The position numbers and the translations under genes were made by a program. DNA of 37,832 nt from a virus (taxonomy: Duplodnaviria; Caudoviricetes). How positions within the stretch are numbered: position 1 is the stretch's first letter; the number at the start of each line of letters is the position of its first letter. Positions 7,961 through 14,933 of the stretch are shown in pieces. The notes beneath the pieces are model-generated. The model saw nothing but the letters and a program-made list of their open reading frames with translations. It ran no database searches and was not told the DNA's origin. Location: the IMG/VR virus record IMGVR_UViG_3300017700_000436, positions 1-37,832 of that record. One strand, given 5' to 3'.

Positions 7961-8522
7961 CGGTGCCTTCCAGCTTGCGCAGCTTGTTCCAGCAGATGCC
8001 GCAGAAGTACTTGAACGTCTTCTCGTCCGAGTGCCAGCCCTTCGCCAGCGCGATTTCCATCGCCTCGGTGACTTCGTGGACGCCCATCTTGTCGATGAAC
8101 ATGCGGAGGCTGTTCATCCAGTCGCGCGACGTAGAGGAGACGCCTGGAAGCATCAGGTGAATGACGCCCCATGCCTCATCGTCCAGACGAAGGCGCTTGG
8201 CTGACATGACCGCCTGATAGCCCTTGATCTGCGCTTCCCGCTCAGCAACAGACGCAGCCTTGTCGGCCAGCGCAACCGGAGCAGAAGAAAGAAGGCGGGC
8301 GCCCTTGCCCAGGTTGCAAGGCTCGCAAGACGTGACCAGGTTGTCGATGTCATTTTTGCCGCCTTTCGCCACCGGGTTGATGTGGTCGACGTGCAGGAGG
8401 ACGCTAGGCGGGTGAGCGCCGCAATACATGCACTTGAAGCCGTCGCGCTTGAACACGTCGAAGCGAAGCTTCTTCGACATGGCTTTGCGCTTGGGTGCTG
8501 GGGTGATGTCGTCGAAGGCCAT
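7953..8522 (-). CDS. HNH endonuclease
   Basis: LRFDVFKRDGFKCMYCG.....LHVDHINPVAKGG.NDIDNLVTSCEPCNLGKG. Confidence 0.9.
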   Translation of the reverse strand: MAFDDITPAPKRKAMSKKLRFDVFKRDGFKCMYCGAHPPSVLLHVDHINPVAKGGKNDIDNLVTSCEPCNLGKGARLLSSAPVALADKAASVAEREAQIKGYQAVMSAKRLRLDDEAWGVIHLMLPGVSSTSRDWMNSLRMFIDKMGVHEVTEAMEIALAKGWHSDEKTFKYFCGICWNKLRKLEGTDA

Positions 8523-8770
8523 CAGCGAGCCACCCAGCCCAGCGTGAAGGTGCCATTGCCCATCGCGCGGCGGAACGGCACGTCAGCGCGAGCGATGTAG
8601 CCGTCCCGTGCCGCCTGGACGTAGACCTTGCCCCAGCTCCGCAGATCGGCGGGAACGATGCCGGCCTTCTGGGCAGCAAGCGTGACCTCTTCCGAGCAGA
8701 AGGGCTGACCCTTGGTCTTGCGGATGTAGCGAAGCAGGAAGCCGTAGCCGTCCTTGTCGAAGTTGCTCAT
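8522..8770 (-). CDS. hypothetical protein
   Basis: 82-aa ORF, TGATG coupling at both ends. Confidence 0.7.
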   Translation of the reverse strand: MSNFDKDGYGFLLRYIRKTKGQPFCSEEVTLAAQKAGIVPADLRSWGKVYVQAARDGYIARADVPFRRAMGNGTFTLGWVAR

Positions 8771-8958
8771 CAGATGCCGCCTCTCTTAAGTGCATCGCGG
8801 CGATTCGAGTCAGCAGCACCTTGGCGGGCGCCGGTAAGACTGATCGCTGCGGGGTGGTGGGTTGGGTTGGAAAGACCTCGCACACGGAACTGCGTCGGGG
8901 TGCGGCCAGGCTTGATGCGGTCTGCCGTGGCGATGGTCGGAAAGGGAGGCTTGTTCAT
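8770..8958 (-). CDS. hypothetical basic protein
   Basis: 62-aa ORF coupled to both neighbours. Confidence 0.55.
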   Translation of the reverse strand: MNKPPFPTIATADRIKPGRTPTQFRVRGLSNPTHHPAAISLTGARQGAADSNRRDALKRGGI

Positions 8959-9323
8959 GCTGGTGTTCCCAGTACTCGGCGCAGTGCTGCGTTCTCTTCA
9001 CGCAGCAGCCGGTTTTCTTTCTCGGTTGCGGTCTCCTGACGCCGTACGCTGTACAGGTCATAGCCGCGCTGGTGGAGCATCCAAAGGACCGGCGCGTCGT
9101 TGCCGCACTTGTCCATCAGCTCCTGAAACTTGTTCCACTGCACGCCCTCGGTGCCCGACTGCCAGCGGGAGAACTGGGCCTTGTCGACCTTCAGTTCTTG
9201 CTGGAGCGTCTTGTCCAGCGCGTAGCCGCCAAGCTCGGCACAGAGTTCGATGGCACCGCCCAGGCTCTGCTTGCGCATGACCTCTTCGGGGCGGATCTGA
9301 ACGGGGAGAGAAAGTTGGTTCAC
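8955..9323 (-). CDS. CII-like transcriptional regulator (HTH + C-terminal coiled coil)
   Basis: DKTLQQELKVDKAQFSRWQSG HTH; lies between cro and the replication genes. GTG start at 9323 is inferred. Confidence 0.65.
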   Translation of the reverse strand: MNQLSLPVQIRPEEVMRKQSLGGAIELCAELGGYALDKTLQQELKVDKAQFSRWQSGTEGVQWNKFQELMDKCGNDAPVLWMLHQRGYDLYSVRRQETATEKENRLLREENAALRRVLGTPA

Positions 9324-9415
9324 GTTGCTACGCAAGAAGGTTGAGAGAAGTTGCGGACCTTGGAGAGGCAAATAAAAAGACCATCAAGGCCATGAAAACT
9401 GCTTTCGAACTCGCC

Positions 9416-9571
9416 TCAGTAGTCCTGCTCGGACTGATCGCCCAGCGCAAACGCGCCAATGACGGCGCAGACGTAGCCGACGGATGCAGACAGAGGGCTC
9501 TGGTCGAAGTAGCCCAGGGCGGCTACGGCGGTGCCGCCGATGAGAAGGAGCCAGGTCAGTGCGGTTTCCAT
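9416..9571 (-). CDS. small membrane protein (51 aa)
   Basis: Manual translation METALTWLLLIGGTAVAALGYFDQSPLSASVGYVCAVIGAFALGDQSEQDY, with two hydrophobic segments. Confidence 0.55.
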   Translation of the reverse strand: METALTWLLLIGGTAVAALGYFDQSPLSASVGYVCAVIGAFALGDQSEQDY

Positions 9572-9574
9572 GAC

Positions 9575-9649
9575 TCAGCTACCAAGGCCGCCAGCCACCA
9601 GCACCACGCCGAGGGCAAGGAGAACGAGACCGAGGGTCAGGAGGTCCAT
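9575..9649 (-). CDS. 24-aa hydrophobic peptide
   Basis: MDLLTLGLVLLALGVVLVAGGLGS; starts 3 nt after the cro stop and ends 3 nt before the next ATG. Confidence 0.45.
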   Translation of the reverse strand: MDLLTLGLVLLALGVVLVAGGLGS

Positions 9650-9652
9650 GGC

Positions 9653-9883
9653 TCAGGCCGCCTTGAGTTCAGGCCAGATGGCGCGGAAGCGATCCGGAAG
9701 GAGGTCTTGCCGGCGAACCGCACGCTTGGTGTGCTTCTCGATGAGAACGGCCAACTCAGCCGAAGGAGTGCGCGACCCGTAGGCGCAGTTCCTCAGGTGT
9801 CCGATCGACGTTTCGCACTTGGTAGCGAAGTCATCCCGGGCCTTGTCGGTCTTGAGGGTGGTGAGGTAGGTTCTGAGGTCCAT
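9653..9883 (-). CDS. cro: Cro/YdaS-like repressor
   Basis: 76 aa, FATKCETSIGHLRNCAYGSRTPSAELAVLIEKHT...V.R.DL.P....IWPEL; divergent from the repressor gene. Confidence 0.85.
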   Translation of the reverse strand: MDLRTYLTTLKTDKARDDFATKCETSIGHLRNCAYGSRTPSAELAVLIEKHTKRAVRRQDLLPDRFRAIWPELKAA

Positions 9884-9889
9884 GCCCCA

Positions 9890-9948
9890 AGTAAACCATG
9901 CGGTTGTCGTCAAGTCAACACCTTTCGGTTGTCGCGCCTTGGTTTACT
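9890..9948. promoter_or_regulatory. OR region: two 18-bp operators and divergent PR/PRM-like promoters
   Basis: Operators at 9891-9908 and 9916-9933 recur inverted at 11060-11077 (1 mismatch) and 11037-11054 (identical). PR on minus strand: TTGACT-17-TTTACT. PRM on plus strand: TG-G-TTTACT at 9940-9948. Confidence 0.75.
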
Positions 9949-9954
9949 TAAAAA

Positions 9955-10518
9955 ATGAACGACAACACGCTGATTCGCCGCGCGAACATGCATGCGCTCG
10001 GCTTGAGCCCATCTGAACTGGCTGAAAAGCTAGGCAGTACGAGGCAATACTGGGCCGACCTCATCCGCGAGAACAGCAAGAAATCGTTCGGCGAGTCGGT
10101 TGCTCGGCGGATTGAAGAAGGGCTTGGCCTGCGTCGCGGTTGTCTTGACGACACCGATTTCTCTGACCGATTGGTCGGGAAGGGTAAACATACGGTTGAC
10201 GCGACTGATACAAAAGCTAACAGTGAGGAACCACAACAACTAATCCCCACTTTTGCCGTGTTCACCCCTTTGAATCTGTCTTCCACGATCCTCTTGTTGG
10301 GTAGCATGCTGGCAAGGATGGATGCACGAAGCCGCCGCGTGATGGGCGTGCTACTCGCTGATCTGGCAAATGCGCCAGACGATGCCCAGGACGTAGCCGA
10401 GAAGGCATCCGGCATCGCATCCAGGCAAGCGGCGGTCACGTCAAGCAAAGCGCTCGATGCGGCCATTCAAGGCAAAGAAGGGGCGTTCGTTGAGACGTAC
10501 CCGGCTCGATTGGAGTAG
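9955..10518 (+). CDS. prophage repressor (CI-like, XRE HTH) without a recognisable S24 peptidase domain
   Basis: IRRANM...SPSELAEKLGSTRQYWADLI....KSFGESVARRIEEGLGLRRGCLD HTH; divergent from cro and flanked by matching operators. Confidence 0.8.
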   Translation: MNDNTLIRRANMHALGLSPSELAEKLGSTRQYWADLIRENSKKSFGESVARRIEEGLGLRRGCLDDTDFSDRLVGKGKHTVDATDTKANSEEPQQLIPTFAVFTPLNLSSTILLLGSMLARMDARSRRVMGVLLADLANAPDDAQDVAEKASGIASRQAAVTSSKALDAAIQGKEGAFVETYPARLE

Positions 10519-10522
10519 TCGA

Positions 10523-10966
10523 ATGAACCCTCGCCTCTTGTTCTGTGCGTCCGTCATTAGCTTGGCGGGATGCTCCATGCCGCTATCGTCCTTCGAGACG
10601 ACCGTGGTAACGACCCCCTCGATCGATTCCACGGAGCGCACCTACAGGAACGTCGTGAATGCGATGCGAACCTGTTACCCGTCGCTCTACACCGTGGAAA
10701 CGACCTACTACCCGGAAGCCAAGGAGGGCGAAGTGATCTTGGCCTATCCGTTCGACTACGGGCGTGCGGAGTACTTCAAGGCGACCATCTCCAGCTCTGG
10801 CCCTGGCTCGCTGGTGTCGATGACCAGGCGCAGCAACTTCCCCGGCTTCGATGAAGGCATGCGGGCGTGGGTGAGTGGCGGCGAAGGTGGCTGCCCATAC
10901 GGCACCAAGAGCACGAACCGCCCAGCAGGCAGCGCGTCCAACCATAACGCAACAGGCGGCAGCTAG
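10523..10966 (+). CDS. lipoprotein in the immunity operon
   Basis: MNPRLLFCASVISLAG|C signal with LAGC lipobox; GGAG RBS; followed by a terminator. Confidence 0.8.
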   Translation: MNPRLLFCASVISLAGCSMPLSSFETTVVTTPSIDSTERTYRNVVNAMRTCYPSLYTVETTYYPEAKEGEVILAYPFDYGRAEYFKATISSSGPGSLVSMTRRSNFPGFDEGMRAWVSGGEGGCPYGTKSTNRPAGSASNHNATGGS

Positions 10967-10989
10967 ACCGCCCCGACGCTCACCCCAAC

Positions 10990-11014
10990 AACCCGCTTCG
11001 GCGGGTTTTCTTTT
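10990..11014 (+). terminator. intrinsic terminator of the immunity transcript
   Basis: AACCCGC-TTCG-GCGGGTT then TTCTTTT. Confidence 0.88.
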
Positions 11015-11036
11015 GGGCGCAATTTATTTTGCGCGT

Positions 11037-11080
11037 GACAACCGAAAGGTGTTGCGTTGGACAACCGCGTGGTTTACAGT
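11037..11080 (+). promoter_or_regulatory. OL operators and PL-like promoter
   Basis: GACAACCGAAAGGTGTTG (11037-11054) and GACAACCGCGTGGTTTAC (11060-11077); TTGCGT-17-TACAGT (11052-11080). Confidence 0.8.
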
Positions 11081-11121
11081 CTCCTACATCGCAGCAAACC
11101 CGCTGCCCACAGGAGAAGAGA

Positions 11122-11232
11122 TTGGACGACCTCTACACCCCCGCCGACTTCCTTCGTGACGTGAGCGTTGCGTACTGGGATGGTGATTACGCCGATGAGC
11201 TGATGGCTGTGTTCTTTGGGTGGTCGCTGTGA
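11122..11232 (+). CDS. 36-aa acidic peptide, first gene of the PL operon
   Basis: AGGAG RBS, TTG start; GTGA overlap with the next gene. Confidence 0.55.
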   Translation: MDDLYTPADFLRDVSVAYWDGDYADELMAVFFGWSL

Positions 11233-11615
11233 GCGCGGCATTCACGCCTGGGCCATGGGATGCCTGGATCAAGAGATCGACGCATCCGATGACTGGCCCG
11301 GCCGCTGCGGCCTCCATGACTGCCGTCAATGCGCTGCGCGAATCAGGTGACAAGAGTCTTTTTGTGGAAATGTCGTCGGTCAGCATGGCTTGCCCCGCGC
11401 TGGCACTCGGCGATACACCAGAGCAAGCAAGAGCCAATGCCCGCCTGATCGCCAGCGCACCGGAACTTTTCGCTCTTGCTGCAAAGCTCGCCGCGATCTG
11501 CGACGGCCTGAACAACGGGAACAGCAGCGCAGAGCATGAAGCCTGCAAGCTGGCTGAGCAGGCCAAGGCGCTGATCGACAAGGCTCTTCCTGTCACCACC
11601 AAGGATGCGGCATGA
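11229..11615 (+). CDS. conserved-type phage hypothetical protein
   Basis: FTPGPW ... ANARLIASAPEL motifs typical of early-left phage proteins. Confidence 0.8.
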   Translation: MSAAFTPGPWDAWIKRSTHPMTGPAAAASMTAVNALRESGDKSLFVEMSSVSMACPALALGDTPEQARANARLIASAPELFALAAKLAAICDGLNNGNSSAEHEACKLAEQAKALIDKALPVTTKDAA

Positions 11616-11839
11616 GCAAGAAATACACACCGTGGTTTCCCGGCGACGTGAAGCCAGTTCACCCCGGACTATATGAAGCCTCATCGGAGGGCAACAGAGG
11701 GGTCTTCTATTTCTGGAGCGGAGCGCGGTGGGAATTCGCCAACCCCGTCATCAGGACGCTTCCATGCAATCGACAGGACAAGCGTTGGCGCGGCCTCGCT
11801 AAGAAGCCTGCCACCAAGGATGCGGAGGTGAGCCAATGA
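11612..11839 (+). CDS. hypothetical protein
   Basis: TPWFPGDVKPVHPGLYE...W.G..W...WRGL; ATGA coupling. Confidence 0.8.
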   Translation: MSKKYTPWFPGDVKPVHPGLYEASSEGNRGVFYFWSGARWEFANPVIRTLPCNRQDKRWRGLAKKPATKDAEVSQ

Positions 11840-12057
11840 GCCGCGCGAACTGCACACCGCTGGATGACGACGAGCCAGTCGACGACTACGGCAACCCGTT
11901 GAGCGGCGATCGCCTCATCAACTGCTGCTTCCCAGATTGCGGTTGCGATGGCGCTCGGCTCTGCATGGCAGAGAACGGCGCAAGCGGCTGCGCGATGAAT
12001 CTGAACATCGAACGCGGCTCAAAGCCGAGTCGGGATGCGGAGGTGAGCAATGGCTGA
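11836..12057 (+). CDS. small Cys-rich protein
   Basis: CCFPDCGCDGARLC...C; GGAGGTG RBS. Confidence 0.75.
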   Translation: MSRANCTPLDDDEPVDDYGNPLSGDRLINCCFPDCGCDGARLCMAENGASGCAMNLNIERGSKPSRDAEVSNG

Positions 12058-12478
12058 TCACGACTTGCACAACGCGATCATGAATCTGCAGGCGCCTGCG
12101 AAAACGCGCTCGGAGCTTGACGGCGCACCGAAAGGCTTCTACCTGCTCGGCTTTCGTGACGCCCGGCACGCTGCCGCCGAACTCGCCCTCGCCTCTCCCC
12201 CTGTTGCAGTGCAAGAGGAAGGGGATGCGCTGATCGACATGCCGTTCCGCAAACGAATCGCCCGGCTGCTGGCAGAGATGCACGGCGACGAGATTCTGAG
12301 CGAGCAGCAGTGCGCCAAGCTGTTCGGCACCGATCTGGTGTCGTGGCGCTGCGTCGAGCAGAGCTTCACCTTTGGCGCCTCGATGTGCGAGTTCGATGCT
12401 GGATCGCCCCAGGCCATGCCCGACACATCCCCGGTTGAGGACGCAATCCTCGCCGCCATGAAGGGAGATCAGCCATGA
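12050..12478 (+). CDS. hypothetical protein
   Basis: LHNAIMNL...Y.LGFRDARHAAAELA motif; strong RBS. Confidence 0.8.
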   Translation: MADHDLHNAIMNLQAPAKTRSELDGAPKGFYLLGFRDARHAAAELALASPPVAVQEEGDALIDMPFRKRIARLLAEMHGDEILSEQQCAKLFGTDLVSWRCVEQSFTFGASMCEFDAGSPQAMPDTSPVEDAILAAMKGDQP

Positions 12479-12759
12479 CCCCCGCACAGGTAGCACTGAA
12501 CCAGCGCCGGCTTGCTGCGGCTTATGGGCTGACCTACCCCTACGACATGGGCCTCTCTGAGCCCATCGACTGCCACTTCAGCGACACACAAGACGGGCCA
12601 ATGCTTGAGGCTGCTTTCGTCGGCGGCGTGGACATCAAGTCCGTGCTCGAACTGATCCCGAAGCGCATCGCCCACATCGAAGCCATTGCCTACAGCCACC
12701 TTGAACGGCAGGCAGAGCAGTTCAACGCTGAACGTCGCTATGAGCGGAGGGCTGCATGA
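12475..12759 (+). CDS. hypothetical protein
   Basis: 94 aa, ATGA coupling. Confidence 0.7.
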   Translation: MTPAQVALNQRRLAAAYGLTYPYDMGLSEPIDCHFSDTQDGPMLEAAFVGGVDIKSVLELIPKRIAHIEAIAYSHLERQAEQFNAERRYERRAA

Positions 12760-12827
12760 CCGCCGCCGACCGCGCCCTCTACCTGGTCGGCTTCCTGGCC
12801 GTCCTAGTTGTCTGGATGACCGCATGA
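12756..12827 (+). CDS. 23-aa hydrophobic peptide
   Basis: MTAADRALYLVGFLAVLVVWMTA; GGAGG RBS and ATGA overlaps at both ends. Confidence 0.55.
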   Translation: MTAADRALYLVGFLAVLVVWMTA

Positions 12828-12988
12828 CCGCCCTTCTCAACTTCTGGAGCACCGCCATGAAAGCCTACCGCGACGAAGGCGAATGGATGCACCCATGCAC
12901 TCCTGCCGAAAGCGCTGCGATGACTTCTCTCGCTGCTGCTCTCTACCTCACGCCTGTTGTGGCGTTCCTCTACTTCCTGTTGTTCTGA
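12824..12988 (+). CDS. small protein with C-terminal TM helix (54 aa)
   Basis: Ends LAAALYLTPVVAFLYFLLF; ATGA coupling. Confidence 0.6.
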   Translation: MTALLNFWSTAMKAYRDEGEWMHPCTPAESAAMTSLAAALYLTPVVAFLYFLLF

Positions 12989-12990
12989 TC

Positions 12991-13104
12991 ATGAACACGC
13001 TGCGCTACTTCCTGTCGACCTACCGCCTGTACCGGCGTGCCCACCCGATGACCTACGCGCTGCAGATCGCGTACCGCATCGCCTTCCACAAAACACCCTT
13101 CTGA
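12991..13104 (+). CDS. 37-aa basic/aromatic peptide
   Basis: MNTLRYFLSTYRLYRRAHPMTYALQIAYRIAFHKTPF fills the gap, with GC3-biased codons. Confidence 0.6.
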   Translation: MNTLRYFLSTYRLYRRAHPMTYALQIAYRIAFHKTPF

Positions 13105-13110
13105 GCAACC

Positions 13111-13701
13111 ATGAAAACCTACAACGAAGTCGCCGCTATCAATGTTGGCGAGAAGACCGAGCGCAAGGGCAACCTCACCTATCTGTCGTGGGCCTGGGCC
13201 GTCGACCAGCTCCTTCGCCTCGACGCGACCGCTACCTGGGAATACAAGGAGCCGGTGTACTTCAAGGAGACGCTGATGGTCTTCTGCACAGTCTCCGCCT
13301 TTGGCAAGAGCATGACCGCCCAGCTCCCGGTGATGGACCACAAGAACAAGGCGATCCCCAACCCGGATGCATTCCAGGTGAACACCGCCATGCAGCGGTG
13401 CCTTGCAAAGGCGATCGCACTGCACGGGCTGGGCCTCTACATCTACGCCGGGGAGGATCTTCCGCCCGACGAAGACGACATTCCGCAGACCAGCCACGAC
13501 CGCGAGCGCGTCATTCGGGCAGCCGCTGACTTGGCAATCCTGAAGTTCAAGGAAGGCAACGAAGTCGGCGCCTACGAGGAAGTTTCCGGAATCGTGGACA
13601 ACGAAGAGAAGTTGTACCTGTGGAACTACCTGAAGCCGCATTCGGCGCTTCGTTCCGCGATCAAGCGCCTCGCCGCTGAAGACAGCAAGCAAGCCGCCTA
13701 A
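13111..13701 (+). CDS. Sak3/DUF1071-type Rad52-like single-strand annealing protein
   Basis: INVGEKTERKGNLTYLSWAWA...LPVMDHKNKAI..PDAFQVNTAMQRCLAKAIALHGLGLYIYAGEDLP signature. Confidence 0.9.
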   Translation: MKTYNEVAAINVGEKTERKGNLTYLSWAWAVDQLLRLDATATWEYKEPVYFKETLMVFCTVSAFGKSMTAQLPVMDHKNKAIPNPDAFQVNTAMQRCLAKAIALHGLGLYIYAGEDLPPDEDDIPQTSHDRERVIRAAADLAILKFKEGNEVGAYEEVSGIVDNEEKLYLWNYLKPHSALRSAIKRLAAEDSKQAA

Positions 13702-13710
13702 GGACACCCC

Positions 13711-13830
13711 ATGCCCAAGCCCATCTCCCGGCTGCGTCTCGCGTTCACCTTGATCGCAGCTCCGTTCGTCGCCGTCTCGCTGCTTCTGCTCGCCGGCTTT
13801 CTGCTGGCCCGCGACATCCAGGCGGACTGA
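13711..13830 (+). CDS. small single-TM protein (39 aa)
   Basis: AAGGA RBS; MPKPISRLRLAFTLIAAPFVAVSLLLLAGFLLARDIQAD. Confidence 0.6.
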   Translation: MPKPISRLRLAFTLIAAPFVAVSLLLLAGFLLARDIQAD

Positions 13831-13916
13831 TGCCCTCCAACCTCTACGCCCTGACCTGGGCCTTGATCGCTGGACTGATCGGCTCGGCTCTCGGCGCTCT
13901 GTGCAATCGAATCTGA
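13830..13916 (+). CDS. small single-TM peptide (28 aa)
   Basis: TGATG coupling; MPSNLYALTWALIAGLIGSALGALCNRI. Confidence 0.5.
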   Translation: MPSNLYALTWALIAGLIGSALGALCNRI

Positions 13917-13926
13917 AGGACACCCA

Positions 13927-14577
13927 ATGAACAAAGAACACCAACCGAGTGCGCCCGCCAGCGCTGCGCCTTCGTCAGTGAGAACCAACGTCGGCGAGTT
14001 CGACAAGCTGGTGGCCGCGACGGAAAACGACCCCGGCATGGCCGAAGCGCGCCAATGGGTCAAGGACGAGTTCTACCCTCCCGCACCGGCACCAGCACCC
14101 CAGGCGGGGGAGTCGGTGGCGCCTGGATATTCGCAGCGAGTCATTGAGGCGCTGCACGAGAACGGCGATCCCGTTTCAATCGATGCGGCCGATGAGATTG
14201 AACGGCTTTTGGCTTTGTTGGCGGCCGCCACCCCCTCCCCCGCAGTGAGTGCGGAGCCGCCGAGCGAAGACCTGATTAACCGGCTGCTGGAGGTGCTGGG
14301 CACGCGGCTGCATGACATGGAGTGCCCTCAAGCATTCCTTCATGAAATCGCAATCGCGGGGCAGCAGTTCATCGAACGCCACAGCCGCACAGGCGAAGCA
14401 CTCGACGCCTCTGCCGCAGTGAGTGCGGAGCCGGTGGCAGCGTTCCGAGCTTTGCTGCGCGCTGAAATCGATGCGTCGATTGATTCGTCTGGTGACATTG
14501 CCCGGCAAGAGGCGCAAATCGACGAAGCGGACCACCTGCTCGTCAAGTTCAACGAACTGTTCCCGGAGGCATCATGA
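13927..14577 (+). CDS. modular hypothetical protein with Pro/Ala linkers
   Basis: AAGGA RBS; short domains separated by APAPAP and AVSAEP linkers. Confidence 0.75.
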   Translation: MNKEHQPSAPASAAPSSVRTNVGEFDKLVAATENDPGMAEARQWVKDEFYPPAPAPAPQAGESVAPGYSQRVIEALHENGDPVSIDAADEIERLLALLAAATPSPAVSAEPPSEDLINRLLEVLGTRLHDMECPQAFLHEIAIAGQQFIERHSRTGEALDASAAVSAEPVAAFRALLRAEIDASIDSSGDIARQEAQIDEADHLLVKFNELFPEAS

Positions 14578-14785
14578 GCGTTCCCGATTGGATGATCGAC
14601 GCACCCGCCGCGTCGGTGGACGACTTGGCAATGCTCGTTCGCAAACTCGCCCATTCGCTGCGCAAAGCCGCGCCGGGCCACGCTTTGCCAGATCAGGCAG
14701 TGGACTACTTGCGCCGACACCACCTCGACGGCTCGCCATTGCGTGACGCCACCCCCTCCCCCGCAGTGAGTGCGGAGCCGGTGGC
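14226..14785 (+). repeat. three dispersed direct repeats (34 bp x2, 25-bp partial copy)
   Basis: CGCCACCCCCTCCCCCGCAGTGAGTGCGGAGCCG at 14226-14259 and 14747-14780; CCGCAGTGAGTGCGGAGCCGGTGGC at 14414-14438 and 14761-14785. Confidence 0.92.
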
Positions 14786-14933
14786 GCTGACCGAGTACGA
14801 CATTTCCGTTTTGTCTGCCGGGCTCAACCCGCATCGCACCATTGTGGAGGGGAACCAAGCACGCGCCGTGCTGCAACGTCTGGCCGACGCCCTCGCGCAA
14901 CCCCAGCCGGGCACGGGGAGCGGCAAGTCATGA
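14574..14933 (+). CDS. hypothetical protein
   Basis: VDDLAMLVRKLAHSLRKA.P...L..QAVDYLRRH.L.GSPLR, a module seen in enterobacterial phage early proteins; ATGA coupling. Confidence 0.75.
   Translation: MSVPDWMIDAPAASVDDLAMLVRKLAHSLRKAAPGHALPDQAVDYLRRHHLDGSPLRDATPSPAVSAEPVALTEYDISVLSAGLNPHRTIVEGNQARAVLQRLADALAQPQPGTGSGKS

Noticed and set aside
5896-8522. Restriction-modification system formed by the methyltransferase and the nearby HNH gene
   Set aside because: The genes are separated by the replication initiator, and both types commonly occur independently in lambdoid early regions; nothing links them.
10184-10200. Extra operator inside the repressor gene (GTAAACATACGGTTGAC)
   Set aside because: Needs a 1-nt deletion and two mismatches relative to GTAAACCATGCGGTTGTC; could be chance. 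Worth including only as a footprinting control.
14226-14785. CRISPR-like mini-array
   Set aside because: Spacing is long and irregular (roughly 155 and 310 bp), the repeats are in-frame coding linkers, and there are no cas genes.
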